Below are positions 19,904-29,553 of a stretch of 64,000 bases of DNA, in pieces. Every line of letters begins with the position of its first letter. The stretch's first letter is position 1. Under the pieces are notes generated by a model. It ran no database searches and had not been told where the DNA came from. It saw nothing but the letters and a program-made list of their open reading frames with translations. Both the position numbers and the translations under genes were made by a program. Location of the stretch: the NCBI GenBank assembly GCA_041649135.1, contig JBAZNQ010000001.1, positions 163,037 through 227,036 on the forward strand, given 5' to 3'. The stretch is from Patescibacteria group bacterium. GTDB lineage: Bacteria; Patescibacteriota; Kazan-3B-28.

Positions 19904-20152
19904 ATGCCGTCATTTATGCGTACCCAAACCCGTGGTTTGCTCACAAACCAGTCTAACCTGTCTGATGAAGAAGCCCTAAATCGTTGGAATGCAACGGGGA
20001 GACTGACCATTGAACAATGTCGGAAGATCGACCCCAGATTAATGAAATTGTCAGACAAAGATATATTAGTTATTTTGCATGACCTGTACGGGTTAGGGCA
20101 GCTAGCCTTTGATCAATGGTCCGAACAAAGACAGTTCCAAAAATCCCATTAG
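19904..20152 (+). CDS. small protein upstream of recombinase (possible directionality factor)
   Basis: LTIEQCRKIDPRL..LSDKDI..ILHDLYGLGQLAF; co-oriented 40 nt before the recombinase; TTGACG/TAGACT promoter at 19788-19815. Confidence 0.6.
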   Translation: MPSFMRTQTRGLLTNQSNLSDEEALNRWNATGRLTIEQCRKIDPRLMKLSDKDILVILHDLYGLGQLAFDQWSEQRQFQKSH

Positions 20153-20192
20153 GGTTATTGAAGGACTTCTAAAAGTGGAATACGTTTAGACT

Positions 20193-21722
20193 ATGCGTAC
20201 TTCAGACACAACAGAGCAGGAGAACAAAAGGGGCATTATTTACTGCCGCGTATCATCAAAAGACCAACTAGAGGGAACCAGCCTAGAAACACAAGAGCGA
20301 TTCTCTACCGAATACGCAATTAATCATGGTATCAAGGTTATTAAGGTTTTTGTCGAACGAGGGGAAAGCGCAAAAACAGCCAATAGAACGGAGTTTAATA
20401 AAGCATTAGCTTTTTGTACTGATAAGAAAAATAAGATTCAGTATTTCATTGTTTATAAACTAGATCGATTTGCTCGCAATCAAGATGATCATGTCACTGT
20501 AAAAGCGATACTACGCCGTGCGGAGGTAGAATTGAGATCCGTCACGGAACCGATTGACCAAACTCCAATTGGCCGTGCCATGGAGGGAGTGCTATCTGTA
20601 TTCGCTGAATTTGATAACAATGTTAGAACCGAGCGTACTAAACAAGGTATGCTAGAGCGCGTCCAAGAGGGAATGTGGGTATGGCCGACTCCATTGGGTT
20701 ATTGCAGACCATTCAAGGGCTCTAATATTACACCAGAACCAGAAGTATCTCCTTTAATTCGATTGGGGTTTGAAGAGTATTCAAAGGGAATCTACACCTA
20801 CAAAAGCTTGGCCAAATTTTTGTCTGACCGAGGGTTGAGAACCAGAGGCGGATATCTGCCCTCTCATCAATTCATAGATAAAATGATAAAAAATCCAATT
20901 TACAAAGGATTTATAGAAGCATGGGGTGGACACAAGGGATCGTTCGAAGCAATCGTGTCAGAGGAGCTATTTGATTCGTGCCAAGTAAGCCGTAAGGGTT
21001 TATCACACAAAGCCCCTAGGATGTCCAGAAACCCCCTATTCCCTTTGCGAGGAGTTATATGTAAGGAGTGTTCCAGTCCGATCACTGGTAGCAAATCCAC
21101 GGGCAATAGTGGCAAGAAATATCCCTATTATCATCACCCACATCAGCATTGCTCTCTGGCACAATCAGTCCCAAAAGAGAACTTTGAACAACTATTCGTC
21201 GAGTTTTTGAACAACATTACCCCAGACCACCAATATGAGAAGTTATTCAAAGCAGTGGTGTTGGACATTTGGCAAAACAATTACAAAAGGTTTGACGAGG
21301 ACAATGCCAGAGTTCGAAGAGAAATCGCAAAGTTGGAACAAGAACGTCAAAAGGTTTTTGATCTTCACAGAACAGGGATATATACAGACAGCGAGTTTGA
21401 TGAGCAGAGAAACTTCATTAATCGAATGATAGATGAAAAACGTCTTCTGGTTCACGAAAAGGCAGTAGAAGAATTTGATATGGAAGAGGCTCTAAACTAT
21501 TGCTTCAACTTTATCAAACAAACCTCTAAAACATGGCTTGAAGCTGATTTCCCTCACAAATTACAGTTTCAGAAATTGATATTTAAGGGGAATATCGAAT
21601 TTGATGGAAAAAAGTTTGGAACCACCAAATTGTCAGCTCTGTATGCTCTAAATCGAGAATATTCTGGTGAAAAATCCCATTTGGTAGCGCCACGGGGAAT
21701 CGAACCCCGGTTACAAGAATGA
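20193..21722 (+). CDS. large serine recombinase (integrase)
   Basis: YCRVSS catalytic Ser, LDRFARN, recombinase domain, CKEC zinc ribbon, coiled coil; last 13 codons overlap the tRNA on the opposite strand. Confidence 0.95.
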   Translation: MRTSDTTEQENKRGIIYCRVSSKDQLEGTSLETQERFSTEYAINHGIKVIKVFVERGESAKTANRTEFNKALAFCTDKKNKIQYFIVYKLDRFARNQDDHVTVKAILRRAEVELRSVTEPIDQTPIGRAMEGVLSVFAEFDNNVRTERTKQGMLERVQEGMWVWPTPLGYCRPFKGSNITPEPEVSPLIRLGFEEYSKGIYTYKSLAKFLSDRGLRTRGGYLPSHQFIDKMIKNPIYKGFIEAWGGHKGSFEAIVSEELFDSCQVSRKGLSHKAPRMSRNPLFPLRGVICKECSSPITGSKSTGNSGKKYPYYHHPHQHCSLAQSVPKENFEQLFVEFLNNITPDHQYEKLFKAVVLDIWQNNYKRFDEDNARVRREIAKLEQERQKVFDLHRTGIYTDSEFDEQRNFINRMIDEKRLLVHEKAVEEFDMEEALNYCFNFIKQTSKTWLEADFPHKLQFQKLIFKGNIEFDGKKFGTTKLSALYALNREYSGEKSHLVAPRGIEPRLQE

Positions 21723-21756
21723 GAATCTTGCGTCCTAACCGTTAGACGATGGCGCC
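21682..21756 (-). tRNA. tRNA-Glu (anticodon CTC)
   Basis: Reverse complement GGCGCCATCGTCTAACGGTTAGGACGCAAGATTCTCATTCTTGTAACCGGGGTTCGATTCCCCGTGGCGCTACCA forms a full cloverleaf with GTTCGA T-loop and encoded CCA. Confidence 0.97.
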
Positions 21757-21831
21757 CTAACAACTTAATTATAGCAGTATCAGCCCGCCATCTTTGATAC
21801 ACTAAAATCGTATACCTGTCTAATCTTTACT

Positions 21832-22083
21832 ATGTTTGGAGAAGGCATTCACAACCCAATTCCAGCAGAAGAGCCAGCCAAGATCGAAACTCCTGAAACC
21901 GAACCGACAGTGCAACCACCCGCTCTTTTTGATTACGCCTGTACACTAAACCCCAAATCGGGTGAGTTTACTTATCCCACCAACATCCCGCCGAACGGAT
22001 ACGTTCACTATATCGGTCCCGACGGTTGGCATGTTACTAACGATCCGGACCGAATAGCGGAAGCAGAGCTGTGGCGAAACTAA
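21832..22083 (+). CDS. hypothetical protein
   Basis: 83 aa Pro/Glu-rich ORF. Confidence 0.5.
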   Translation: MFGEGIHNPIPAEEPAKIETPETEPTVQPPALFDYACTLNPKSGEFTYPTNIPPNGYVHYIGPDGWHVTNDPDRIAEAELWRN

Positions 22084-22112
22084 AGTTCGTTGCCCCAATA
22101 TTCCGCCTCTTA

Positions 22113-22165
22113 CTAAATCCTAGATCCCAGATACTAGATACTAGATGCTAATCCCTAGATACTAA
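22113..22165 (+). repeat. degenerate heptamer tandem repeat (TAGATAC-like)
   Basis: CTAAATC CTAGATC CCAGATA CTAGATA CTAGATG... directly before the nfo ATG. Confidence 0.7.
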
Positions 22166-23017
22166 ATGCTAATAGGTTATCATGTTTCAACTAGTGGGGG
22201 ATTGTACAAAGCCTTTCAAGAAGCTGAAGCTTTAGATTGTACCGCTATCCAAATTTTTGTTGGCAGTCCTCAAATGTGGAATACACCAACCATTTCTGCT
22301 AAGAATGTGGAAAAATTTAAACAGGCTTGGAAAAAATCCAAAGTCAAAAAAGTTCTTGTCCATGCTGCTTATTTGCCTAACCCGTCTAGCCACAAAGCCA
22401 GTTTACGCAATTTTAGTCTCAAAAAAATGAAAGATGAAATAAAGATCGCTTACGCGATTGATGCTGATGGCTACAATTTTCATTGCGGCAGTAATCAGGA
22501 CGGCAACCAAGCTGGCACACTCAATGCCATTCATACTTTGAACCGCCTGGCTGAATTAACTGATGAAAAATGGCCGGTCAAACTCATCATTGAAAGCGAT
22601 GCTGGTGCTGGTAATCGAATTGGCGACACCATTGAGGAACTAGGTATCATTTGGAAAGGATTAAAAAACAAAACACGTTTTGGCTTTACTTTAGATACGT
22701 GTCATATGTTCGTTTCAGGCATTGATGTCCGAACCAAGAAAAATGTACAGGAAATTTTGAGCAAATTTGATAAACTCATCGGACTAGACCATCTCCACTT
22801 CATTCACGCCAACGATGCTTTGTTTGGACTCGGCTCCAAAAAAGATCGCCATGCTAACATTGGCCAAGGTGAAATTGGTCAAACTGCTTTCAAATATTGG
22901 TTGAAGTCTCCCAAATTGAAAAAAGTTGCCTTTATTTTAGAAACCCCCCGCTCCGGTAACCTTAAACAAGACCTCCAAGATATTCTTCTACTCAAAAAAC
23001 TCGCCCGCTCCAAGTGA
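22166..23017 (+). CDS. nfo: endonuclease IV
   Basis: IGYHVS, HAAYL, FHCGS, LDTCHMF, HANDA...DRHANIGQG, ILETP. Confidence 0.95.
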   Translation: MLIGYHVSTSGGLYKAFQEAEALDCTAIQIFVGSPQMWNTPTISAKNVEKFKQAWKKSKVKKVLVHAAYLPNPSSHKASLRNFSLKKMKDEIKIAYAIDADGYNFHCGSNQDGNQAGTLNAIHTLNRLAELTDEKWPVKLIIESDAGAGNRIGDTIEELGIIWKGLKNKTRFGFTLDTCHMFVSGIDVRTKKNVQEILSKFDKLIGLDHLHFIHANDALFGLGSKKDRHANIGQGEIGQTAFKYWLKSPKLKKVAFILETPRSGNLKQDLQDILLLKKLARSK

Positions 23018-23264
23018 CAAAACCAGCAAAGAGCGTCTAATACTTAGTATCAAAAAGTTGGTGTATCTAAAAACCGGTGTATCTCAAAGTCGGTAATGAG
23101 TAACAACTCCAGCCCGTTGAGTTCTGCGACCGCTAATTTGAACGGGCTAGCCAAGAGAAAGTAATCCCGCTTAAATGATAAAATCGTAGCGCCGTAACCC
23201 TACGACCGTCTTCTGATTGGTAATTACCCGATATTTTAGTGATATAATCGAATTGGTACTTGTC

Positions 23265-23339
23265 CCGTTAGAAATTTAACGGGCAGTCTGAACCAGCGAG
23301 AACCCAGCTCTAGGCATACCAAGCACAAATTTCTAACGG
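23265..23339. repeat. miniature inverted-repeat element
   Basis: CCGTTAGAAATTT (23265-77) / AAATTTCTAACGG (23327-39), a perfect 13 bp terminal inverted repeat ending just before the next ATG. Confidence 0.65.
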
Positions 23340-23340
23340 A

Positions 23341-23658
23341 ATGGATAATCAAATCGTCAACGCCGTTATCGATACTGCCACTGACCAGGCCAAACAAGCA
23401 GCCAATACCGCCGCTCAAGGTATCTTTGAGCGGATTTTTAATGCTTACAATGCGTTTGTCGGAATGTTCCCCGATGGATTTCAATGGGTAGTTTCCCTAG
23501 TCCTCATCCTTGCTATTGCTTCCTTTCTTTTTAATCTCATCAAAAAGAACTGGCTCTGGATCATTCTCTTGGTCGTTATTTTCCCCGGCGTTCTACCGAT
23601 CTTGAAAAATATTTTCGATTCATTGACGGCCATGTTCATCGGCAAGCCGATGTCATAA
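23341..23658 (+). CDS. hypothetical membrane protein
   Basis: 105 aa, two TM segments. Confidence 0.75.
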   Translation: MDNQIVNAVIDTATDQAKQAANTAAQGIFERIFNAYNAFVGMFPDGFQWVVSLVLILAIASFLFNLIKKNWLWIILLVVIFPGVLPILKNIFDSLTAMFIGKPMS

Positions 23659-23722
23659 ATTTTTCATTTCATTCTGATAAATTCACCCAGGGGGTAAGGT
23701 ACCCATGTTGCTTCGTAGGTAG

Positions 23723-23929
23723 TTGTACCCTCCCATCGTCCATTCCCATCTTCACTTCCCGGTCTCAAGAGCAATTTTACGAACAGTAGGCGAAATTGGC
23801 TGCTGTTTCTGTGCTTTTGTCGGCTGGATGGCGGGATGGGTAACATATGGTTTCTTCCAATTGGTCCAGTCTGTTCTAGAAGTACTGGAGTCAGTATTCT
23901 GGAGAAACCAAAAAAGCGGCCGGCAGTAA
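23723..23929 (+). CDS. possible small membrane protein
   Basis: TTG start, one hydrophobic stretch, hairpin overlapping the stop. Confidence 0.3.
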   Translation: MYPPIVHSHLHFPVSRAILRTVGEIGCCFCAFVGWMAGWVTYGFFQLVQSVLEVLESVFWRNQKSGRQ

Positions 23930-24042
23930 TGCTTAGGCCGCTTTTCCTATATCCTAGATATTTTGGTATGCTGGAAGAGATTTTTCCCTCATCTAGCTGA
24001 TATTTTGGCTATTGGTGATTGATTATTGGTTATTAACTCTTT

Positions 24043-25476
24043 ATGGCTAACACTAGAATTTTCATCTCCGACACCCCCAACCACATTGGCGAGACCATTA
24101 CTGTTTATGGCTGGATCCACAGCAAACGGGTAATGGGCCAGACCGTGTTTATCGATCTCCGCGACAGCTCTGGTTTAGTCCAAGTCGTGTTTGGTGAGGA
24201 GATGAGATCATCCATCGAAACAGTCAAGCCAGAATCGGTGGTTATGATTACTGGTGAAGTTGTCGAACGGGGAGGCAAAAATATCAACGAAAAAATTACT
24301 ACCGGCAAAATTGAAATTCAAGGCAAGGGTATTGAGGTAAAAAACGAATCTTTAACTCCGCCATTTGAAATTAGTCAGGAAAATGTAATAGACGAAGAAA
24401 CCCGTCTAAAATATCGCTATCTCGATCTCCGCCACGAACGCATGCACCAAAATCTCATCATGCGTCACAAAATTATTGCCTTTATCCGCGGATTTTTGGA
24501 TAACCGCCAATTTGTCGAAGTGGAAACACCGTTACTATCTGCTCCCACCCCCGAAGGCGCTCGCGACTTTTTGGTACCCAGTCGTAAATATAAGGGTTCA
24601 TTTTATGCATTGCCGCAAGCTCCTCAACAATATAAACAACTGCTGATGGTAGCTGGGTTGGAGAGATATTATCAAATTGCCAGATGTTTTCGCGATGAAG
24701 ATTCCCGCGGTGACCGTCAGCCAGAGTTTACCCAACTCGATTTAGAAATGTCATTTGTTGATCGTGAAGATGTCATCAAACTAAATGAAGAACTACTAAT
24801 TGATTTAGTTACTACTCTCTATCCCAACAAAAAAATCCAAACCACGCCTTTCCCCAAGCTAACTTATGCGGAAGTTATGGAAAAATATGGCACCGACCGT
24901 CCTGACTTGCGGAAAGACAAGAATGACCCCGACCTGTTAGCATTTTGCTGGATTACTGATTTCCCATTCTTTGAGCGTGTCGAGAGCGACCGTCCCGATT
25001 CTGCTGAACAGCAGAACGAGGGGAAAACCAAGTGGACGTTCACCCACAATCCATTCTCTGCACCGCTTGAAACATCAACCAAAGATCTATTGGATGGTAA
25101 AAATATCGACAAGATTATTTCTGCTCAATATGACATTGCGCTAAATGGTTTTGAAATCGGCGGCGGTAGTATCCGTAACCATAAACCCGACGCTCTGTTA
25201 GCCGCTCTAAAGATCATGGGGTATGACACAAAAAAAGCGGAAGCCGATTTTGGCCATCTGCTTGAAGCTTTTCGATATGGCGCTCCACCCCATGGCGGTA
25301 TCGCTTGGGGACTTGACCGACTGGTAATGATCCTTCAAAACGAACCCAATATCCGTGAAGTGATCGCTTTCCCCAAGACTGACAAAGGCCGCGACCCAAT
25401 GATGGATTCCCCGCGAGAAGTTGATACCGCCACTCTCAACGAATTAGGCTTAACGCTTAAGAGAACGAAAAGTTAA
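24043..25476 (+). CDS. aspS: aspartate--tRNA ligase (short form)
   Basis: FIDLRD, RLKYRYLDLR, PEGARDFLVP, FRDED.RGDRQPEFTQLD, GAPPHGGIAWGLDR. Confidence 0.97.
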   Translation: MANTRIFISDTPNHIGETITVYGWIHSKRVMGQTVFIDLRDSSGLVQVVFGEEMRSSIETVKPESVVMITGEVVERGGKNINEKITTGKIEIQGKGIEVKNESLTPPFEISQENVIDEETRLKYRYLDLRHERMHQNLIMRHKIIAFIRGFLDNRQFVEVETPLLSAPTPEGARDFLVPSRKYKGSFYALPQAPQQYKQLLMVAGLERYYQIARCFRDEDSRGDRQPEFTQLDLEMSFVDREDVIKLNEELLIDLVTTLYPNKKIQTTPFPKLTYAEVMEKYGTDRPDLRKDKNDPDLLAFCWITDFPFFERVESDRPDSAEQQNEGKTKWTFTHNPFSAPLETSTKDLLDGKNIDKIISAQYDIALNGFEIGGGSIRNHKPDALLAALKIMGYDTKKAEADFGHLLEAFRYGAPPHGGIAWGLDRLVMILQNEPNIREVIAFPKTDKGRDPMMDSPREVDTATLNELGLTLKRTKS

Positions 25477-25575
25477 AAATGAATAGTGGATAACGATGGT
25501 GTCATAAGCGACGATTTTTTTATAATAAGTAATTTCCTTAACTGTTCACCATTAACTATTAACTTTTAACTGTTT

Positions 25576-26505
25576 ATGAGTAGTTTCGCTTTACTACTAG
25601 TTGTCCTGCGATTTTTTACCGGCGCACTTGATACCGCCCAACAACAATTGTTGGGAGTTTTTGACATTTTCTCTGGCAATCAAACAGTTGCCGATTTTGC
25701 CCAAAGCCTAAACTATCTTATTGGCCCAATCCGCAATTTAAGTTACGCCGATCTTGCTCTCGATACCAAAGCTGCCATTATTACTGATGTCCATAGTGGT
25801 CGAATTTTATATAGCAAAAACAGTACTACTCAACTTCCGATTGCCTCACTCACAAAAATCATGACCGCTCTAGTTGTCCTAGATCAGCACGGCGATCAAC
25901 TCAATACTGTCATTTCTGTCCCAGCAGAAGCAGTTAATGTTACCGGATCGAAGATGTCACTTTATGCCAACGAAAAAATTACTATTCATAATTTATTGAA
26001 AGGGATGTTAATTGAATCCGCCAACGACGCCGCAACTGCCTTGGCTTATACAATTAATGGTAATCCGAAAGATTTTGTAGCTAGCATGAATCAAAAGGCT
26101 GGTAGTCTTGGACTAATTGGCACTCACTTTACTAATCCAGTTGGTTTTGATGATGACCAACACTATTCCACCGCTGAAGATGTAGTCAAATTGGCTAGTG
26201 CCGCAATGGACAATAAAGTTTTTGCCGACATCGTTGCTACACCCAAAGCTACCGTCCGTGATGTTACCGGCAAATTCGTTCATCAGCTCATCACCACCAA
26301 TAAACTCCTTAGCCAGTATAAAAACGTCATTGGCATCAAGACCGGCACGACCGATGAGGCAGGTGAGTCATTAGTAGCCGCTGTAAGCGGTGATAGCGGC
26401 CAAACGGTCATCGTAGTACTCCTTGATAGCCCCAACCGTTTCCAGGAGGGTAAAAAGGCGCTAGACTGGGCTCTGAAAGCCTACTCTTGGATCGAACCTC
26501 TCTAA
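25576..26505 (+). CDS. D-alanyl-D-alanine carboxypeptidase (peptidase S11)
   Basis: SLTK (SxxK), SAN (SxN) and KTG motifs. Confidence 0.93.
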   Translation: MSSFALLLVVLRFFTGALDTAQQQLLGVFDIFSGNQTVADFAQSLNYLIGPIRNLSYADLALDTKAAIITDVHSGRILYSKNSTTQLPIASLTKIMTALVVLDQHGDQLNTVISVPAEAVNVTGSKMSLYANEKITIHNLLKGMLIESANDAATALAYTINGNPKDFVASMNQKAGSLGLIGTHFTNPVGFDDDQHYSTAEDVVKLASAAMDNKVFADIVATPKATVRDVTGKFVHQLITTNKLLSQYKNVIGIKTGTTDEAGESLVAAVSGDSGQTVIVVLLDSPNRFQEGKKALDWALKAYSWIEPL

Positions 26506-26513
26506 GAACGACC

Positions 26514-26637
26514 AATTTCGAATTTCTAAATCCTAAACACTAAACAAACCCAAAATCAAAAATCTGAAATAAAAAAATGTTTAGGAAATTGTAATTTATG
26601 ATTTGTTTAGGATTTTGTATTTCGTGCTTATAATTTT
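26514..26637. repeat. AT-rich inverted array of degenerate heptamers
   Basis: AAATCCTAAACACTAAACAAA... versus ...ATTTGTTTAGGATTTT. Confidence 0.5.
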
Positions 26638-26643
26638 ATTGCT

Positions 26644-27978
26644 ATGTCCTATCTCGTTGCTATCGTCGGCCGACCCAATGTCGGCAAATCAACCTTGTTT
26701 AATCGCTTGATCGGAGAAAAGCGGGCGATTTTGGCTGAAGAACCGGGTACAACTCGAGATGTGTTATTTAGCAATGTTACTTGGAACAAAATTACTTTTA
26801 CTGTCGCCGATACGGCTGGCATTGAATTGGACAACAAATCCGAGCTGACCAAAAATGTTATGCTTCAGACCAAAGCTGCTCTCACCAGCGCTGATCTAAT
26901 TTTATTTCTGGTTAGCGCCAAAGAGGGGATTCACCCCGATGATCAAGCCGTTGCTAAATTAGTTCGCAAGCATAACAAGCCAATTCTATTGTTGATCAAT
27001 AAAACTGATAAAAAAGTTAGTCCAGATGTCATCGCCGATTTCCTTCGCCTTGGGTTCAAACAAACTTTTGAAACTTCCAGTATCACCGGCAAGGGCATTG
27101 GCGAAGTTTTAGATGAGACCGTTTTTCAATTAAATAAGATCAAGCGACCAATTGTTCCCACTGTCGTCGATGAAAATTTAATTCGGGTAGCTATTCTTGG
27201 TCGGCCCAACGTCGGTAAATCGACTTTATTCAATAAACTAATTGGCAAAGATCGTAGTCTGGTCAGTAAGATCGCCGGCACTACCCGCGACACTATTGAT
27301 GAACGAGTTGCCTTTGATGGTTGTACTTTAGAATTTGTCGATACCGCCGGCCTACGCCGACGTGGAAAAGTTGAAGTTGGAATTGAAAAATTCTCCAGCC
27401 TGCGGATGCTTCGCGCTGTCCAAGCTTCTGACATTTGTTTAGTTTTAATGGAAGCCGATGAAGGTGTCATCGCCCAAGATCAACACATTATCGAGATGGT
27501 GCTGGAGCTTAGCAAAAGCCCAATTTTAGTTGTTAACAAATGGGACTTGATCGAAAAGACTGGCAAAGTTACTGCCGACTACGATAAATATTTAAATCAA
27601 AAATATCGCTTCGCTACTTGGATCCCCAAAATTTATGTTTCCGCTTTAACCGGTCAACGTGTCGATAAAATTAAACAACTAGTTACTGACACTTGGACTC
27701 TCCGCAATATTCAGCTTACTGACGAAAAAATTAACGACATCATTAAACTAGCCGTCATCAAACGCACCCCGAGTGGTAAATATGTCACTCCCGTCGTTCA
27801 TTCCGCTCGTCAAGTCGCGACCAATCCGCCCAAAATCGAGCTAGTCGCTGATCATCCCGAAGGTCTTCACTTTACCTATCTTCGTTATTTAGAAAACAAA
27901 CTCCGTGAAACTTGGCCCCTGCCGGGTGTCCCGATTATCTTCGCCCCCCGTCCTCGTGCCCGCCACCAAAGAAAATAG
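26644..27978 (+). CDS. der: ribosome biogenesis GTPase Der
   Basis: Two GRPNVGKSTLFN G-domains, DTAG, NKTD/NKWD. Confidence 0.97.
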   Translation: MSYLVAIVGRPNVGKSTLFNRLIGEKRAILAEEPGTTRDVLFSNVTWNKITFTVADTAGIELDNKSELTKNVMLQTKAALTSADLILFLVSAKEGIHPDDQAVAKLVRKHNKPILLLINKTDKKVSPDVIADFLRLGFKQTFETSSITGKGIGEVLDETVFQLNKIKRPIVPTVVDENLIRVAILGRPNVGKSTLFNKLIGKDRSLVSKIAGTTRDTIDERVAFDGCTLEFVDTAGLRRRGKVEVGIEKFSSLRMLRAVQASDICLVLMEADEGVIAQDQHIIEMVLELSKSPILVVNKWDLIEKTGKVTADYDKYLNQKYRFATWIPKIYVSALTGQRVDKIKQLVTDTWTLRNIQLTDEKINDIIKLAVIKRTPSGKYVTPVVHSARQVATNPPKIELVADHPEGLHFTYLRYLENKLRETWPLPGVPIIFAPRPRARHQRK

Positions 27979-28125
27979 TCGCGAGTCACGGGTATCGAGT
28001 TATGAGCGAGAGATATCCAAAATTTACTTTGTGAGAATGGTTTTTTTATTTGACACCAAAGTGCTGTTGGAACATAATATGCCCATCATAGGGGGCTCTG
28101 ATGCCCCTTACTTTGGAGGTGCACA

Positions 28126-28833
28126 ATGTCCGCGACACAATCACAGGACTTTGCGGATAAGGCAAGTTCAAGCAAGGGGCTTTCAGTAGCAGAAGTTCCA
28201 GCAAGAACTCTCATTCGCGTTACAACACTTAACAATACCTATGAGCTACTTGTTGTTGACCCCGCAACAAGCGGCATCTTGGTATGCAGTACTCATCCTC
28301 GCTGGCCCGGCCCATTGTTCTACAACACAGCTGGTGACCAGTTCACCGCTATTCCCATCGTAATCAAGGTGGGCAGCCGCCTGCGAATGCACAATCTCGA
28401 GAGTGACGAAGGTATCACAACTTCGAATGTACATTCAATCGAAATTGTGGAGGACGAGAAGCGTATTGGAGAAATCCTAGCTGCACGCGACAATCCCACA
28501 TCCGGCATTTCGGAAGAAGAGTTCGACAAGCAGAGGATGAACTCTGAAACCGAATTTCTGCCTGAGGCGGAACGTGATTGGGCACGGGATTTCCTCACCG
28601 AGTTTCTGTACTGCAGAGAGGGGTACTTTTTAATCTTGTCAGTTCTTCTGGCAGCCTATGAACACAACTGCTTATCGCAGGCGCGGGAATCGCTCAAGAA
28701 GGCTCACGACAAGCACTGGTACTTCCAGCATCCCGAAAGGCGCGGCCTGCTTCTGACTCCGAGCGACGAGAGCCATCTTGCAGAAGTTTACGCAGAGCTT
28801 GGCATCGAACCTCCAGGAAAATCCAAGAGCTAA
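28126..28833 (+). CDS. hypothetical protein
   Basis: GGAGGT RBS, TTGACA..CATAAT promoter, terminator near 28850-28874. Confidence 0.7.
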   Translation: MSATQSQDFADKASSSKGLSVAEVPARTLIRVTTLNNTYELLVVDPATSGILVCSTHPRWPGPLFYNTAGDQFTAIPIVIKVGSRLRMHNLESDEGITTSNVHSIEIVEDEKRIGEILAARDNPTSGISEEEFDKQRMNSETEFLPEAERDWARDFLTEFLYCREGYFLILSVLLAAYEHNCLSQARESLKKAHDKHWYFQHPERRGLLLTPSDESHLAEVYAELGIEPPGKSKS

Positions 28834-28944
28834 CAACTGACTGTTCCCAGCCCCGGGGTTAAGGGGCTATTTTTATACCAAAACTCTCTGATATAAGTTC
28901 CGACTTTATCATCGGCCATTGGAGCAAGGTCGTGATATTTCTAT

Positions 28945-29123
28945 CCCCTTTGAGCCAATTGCGTTAGCCAATTAGAAAATCAGCCGGTATGGATAGCGTC
29001 TGTTTGACGACCGAAGGGAGGAGTATAGCGTATAGTCCAGAAAGGCTGATTTTCTATTTTGGCTAGTAATTGGTGAGCAGGGGTGTCTTTTTTGAGGCAC
29101 TTTTTGGACAAGCAAAAAGTGCC
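28945..29123. repeat. structured interspersed element, copy A
   Basis: 13 bp stem 28973-85/29044-56, TGTTTGA core, terminal hairpin GGCACTTTTT/AAAAAGTGCC; same architecture as 51883 and 59379. Confidence 0.65.
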
Positions 29124-29248
29124 CATCCGATTAAACGGGGATGGGCCCGTTCAGAAAAGAAAAAATAAGTAAAATTAGGGGTTGAAGGGGAAATCTCCCC
29201 TTGGGTGTATAATGAACACGTCATATCCTAACCATTTAGGAGGGCAAC

Positions 29249-29494
29249 ATGGCAGATAAAAAAATCGGCAAAGTCGTACACTACTACGACAAGATTGGCG
29301 TAGCCATTATCGATTTGGCAAGCGATCTTAAGCTTGGCGATACTGTCACTTTCAAAAAAGGTGACACGGAAAAAACCGAAACCATCGAGTCAATTCAGAT
29401 CGAACGCGCGGCGGTAGAATCGGCCAAAAAGGGAGATGTTGTCGGCATTAAAGTCGACGAGCCCTTAAAGGAAGGTACCGAAGTCTACGCGTAA
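29249..29494 (+). CDS. small translation-factor-like beta-barrel protein
   Basis: IGKVVHYYDKIGVAII..LKLGD..SIQI..A.KGDVVGIKV. Confidence 0.85.
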   Translation: MADKKIGKVVHYYDKIGVAIIDLASDLKLGDTVTFKKGDTEKTETIESIQIERAAVESAKKGDVVGIKVDEPLKEGTEVYA

Positions 29495-29511
29495 AAGTAA
29501 CTAAAAAAGTA

Positions 29512-29540
29512 AAAAGCTCCGTGAATATTACGGAGCTTTT
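29512..29540. terminator. bidirectional terminator
   Basis: AAAAGCTCCGT/ACGGAGCTTTT between convergent genes. Confidence 0.8.
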
Positions 29541-29553
29541 GAAGTGAACGACC

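Larger units (their letters stand above)
13868..21688. mobile_element. genomic island integrated at tRNA-Glu 3' end by a large serine recombinase
   Basis: Direct repeat TTGGTAGC at 13868-13875 and 21681-21688 (the latter overlaps the tRNA CCA end); recombinase at the right edge; accessory cargo inside. Confidence 0.8.
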
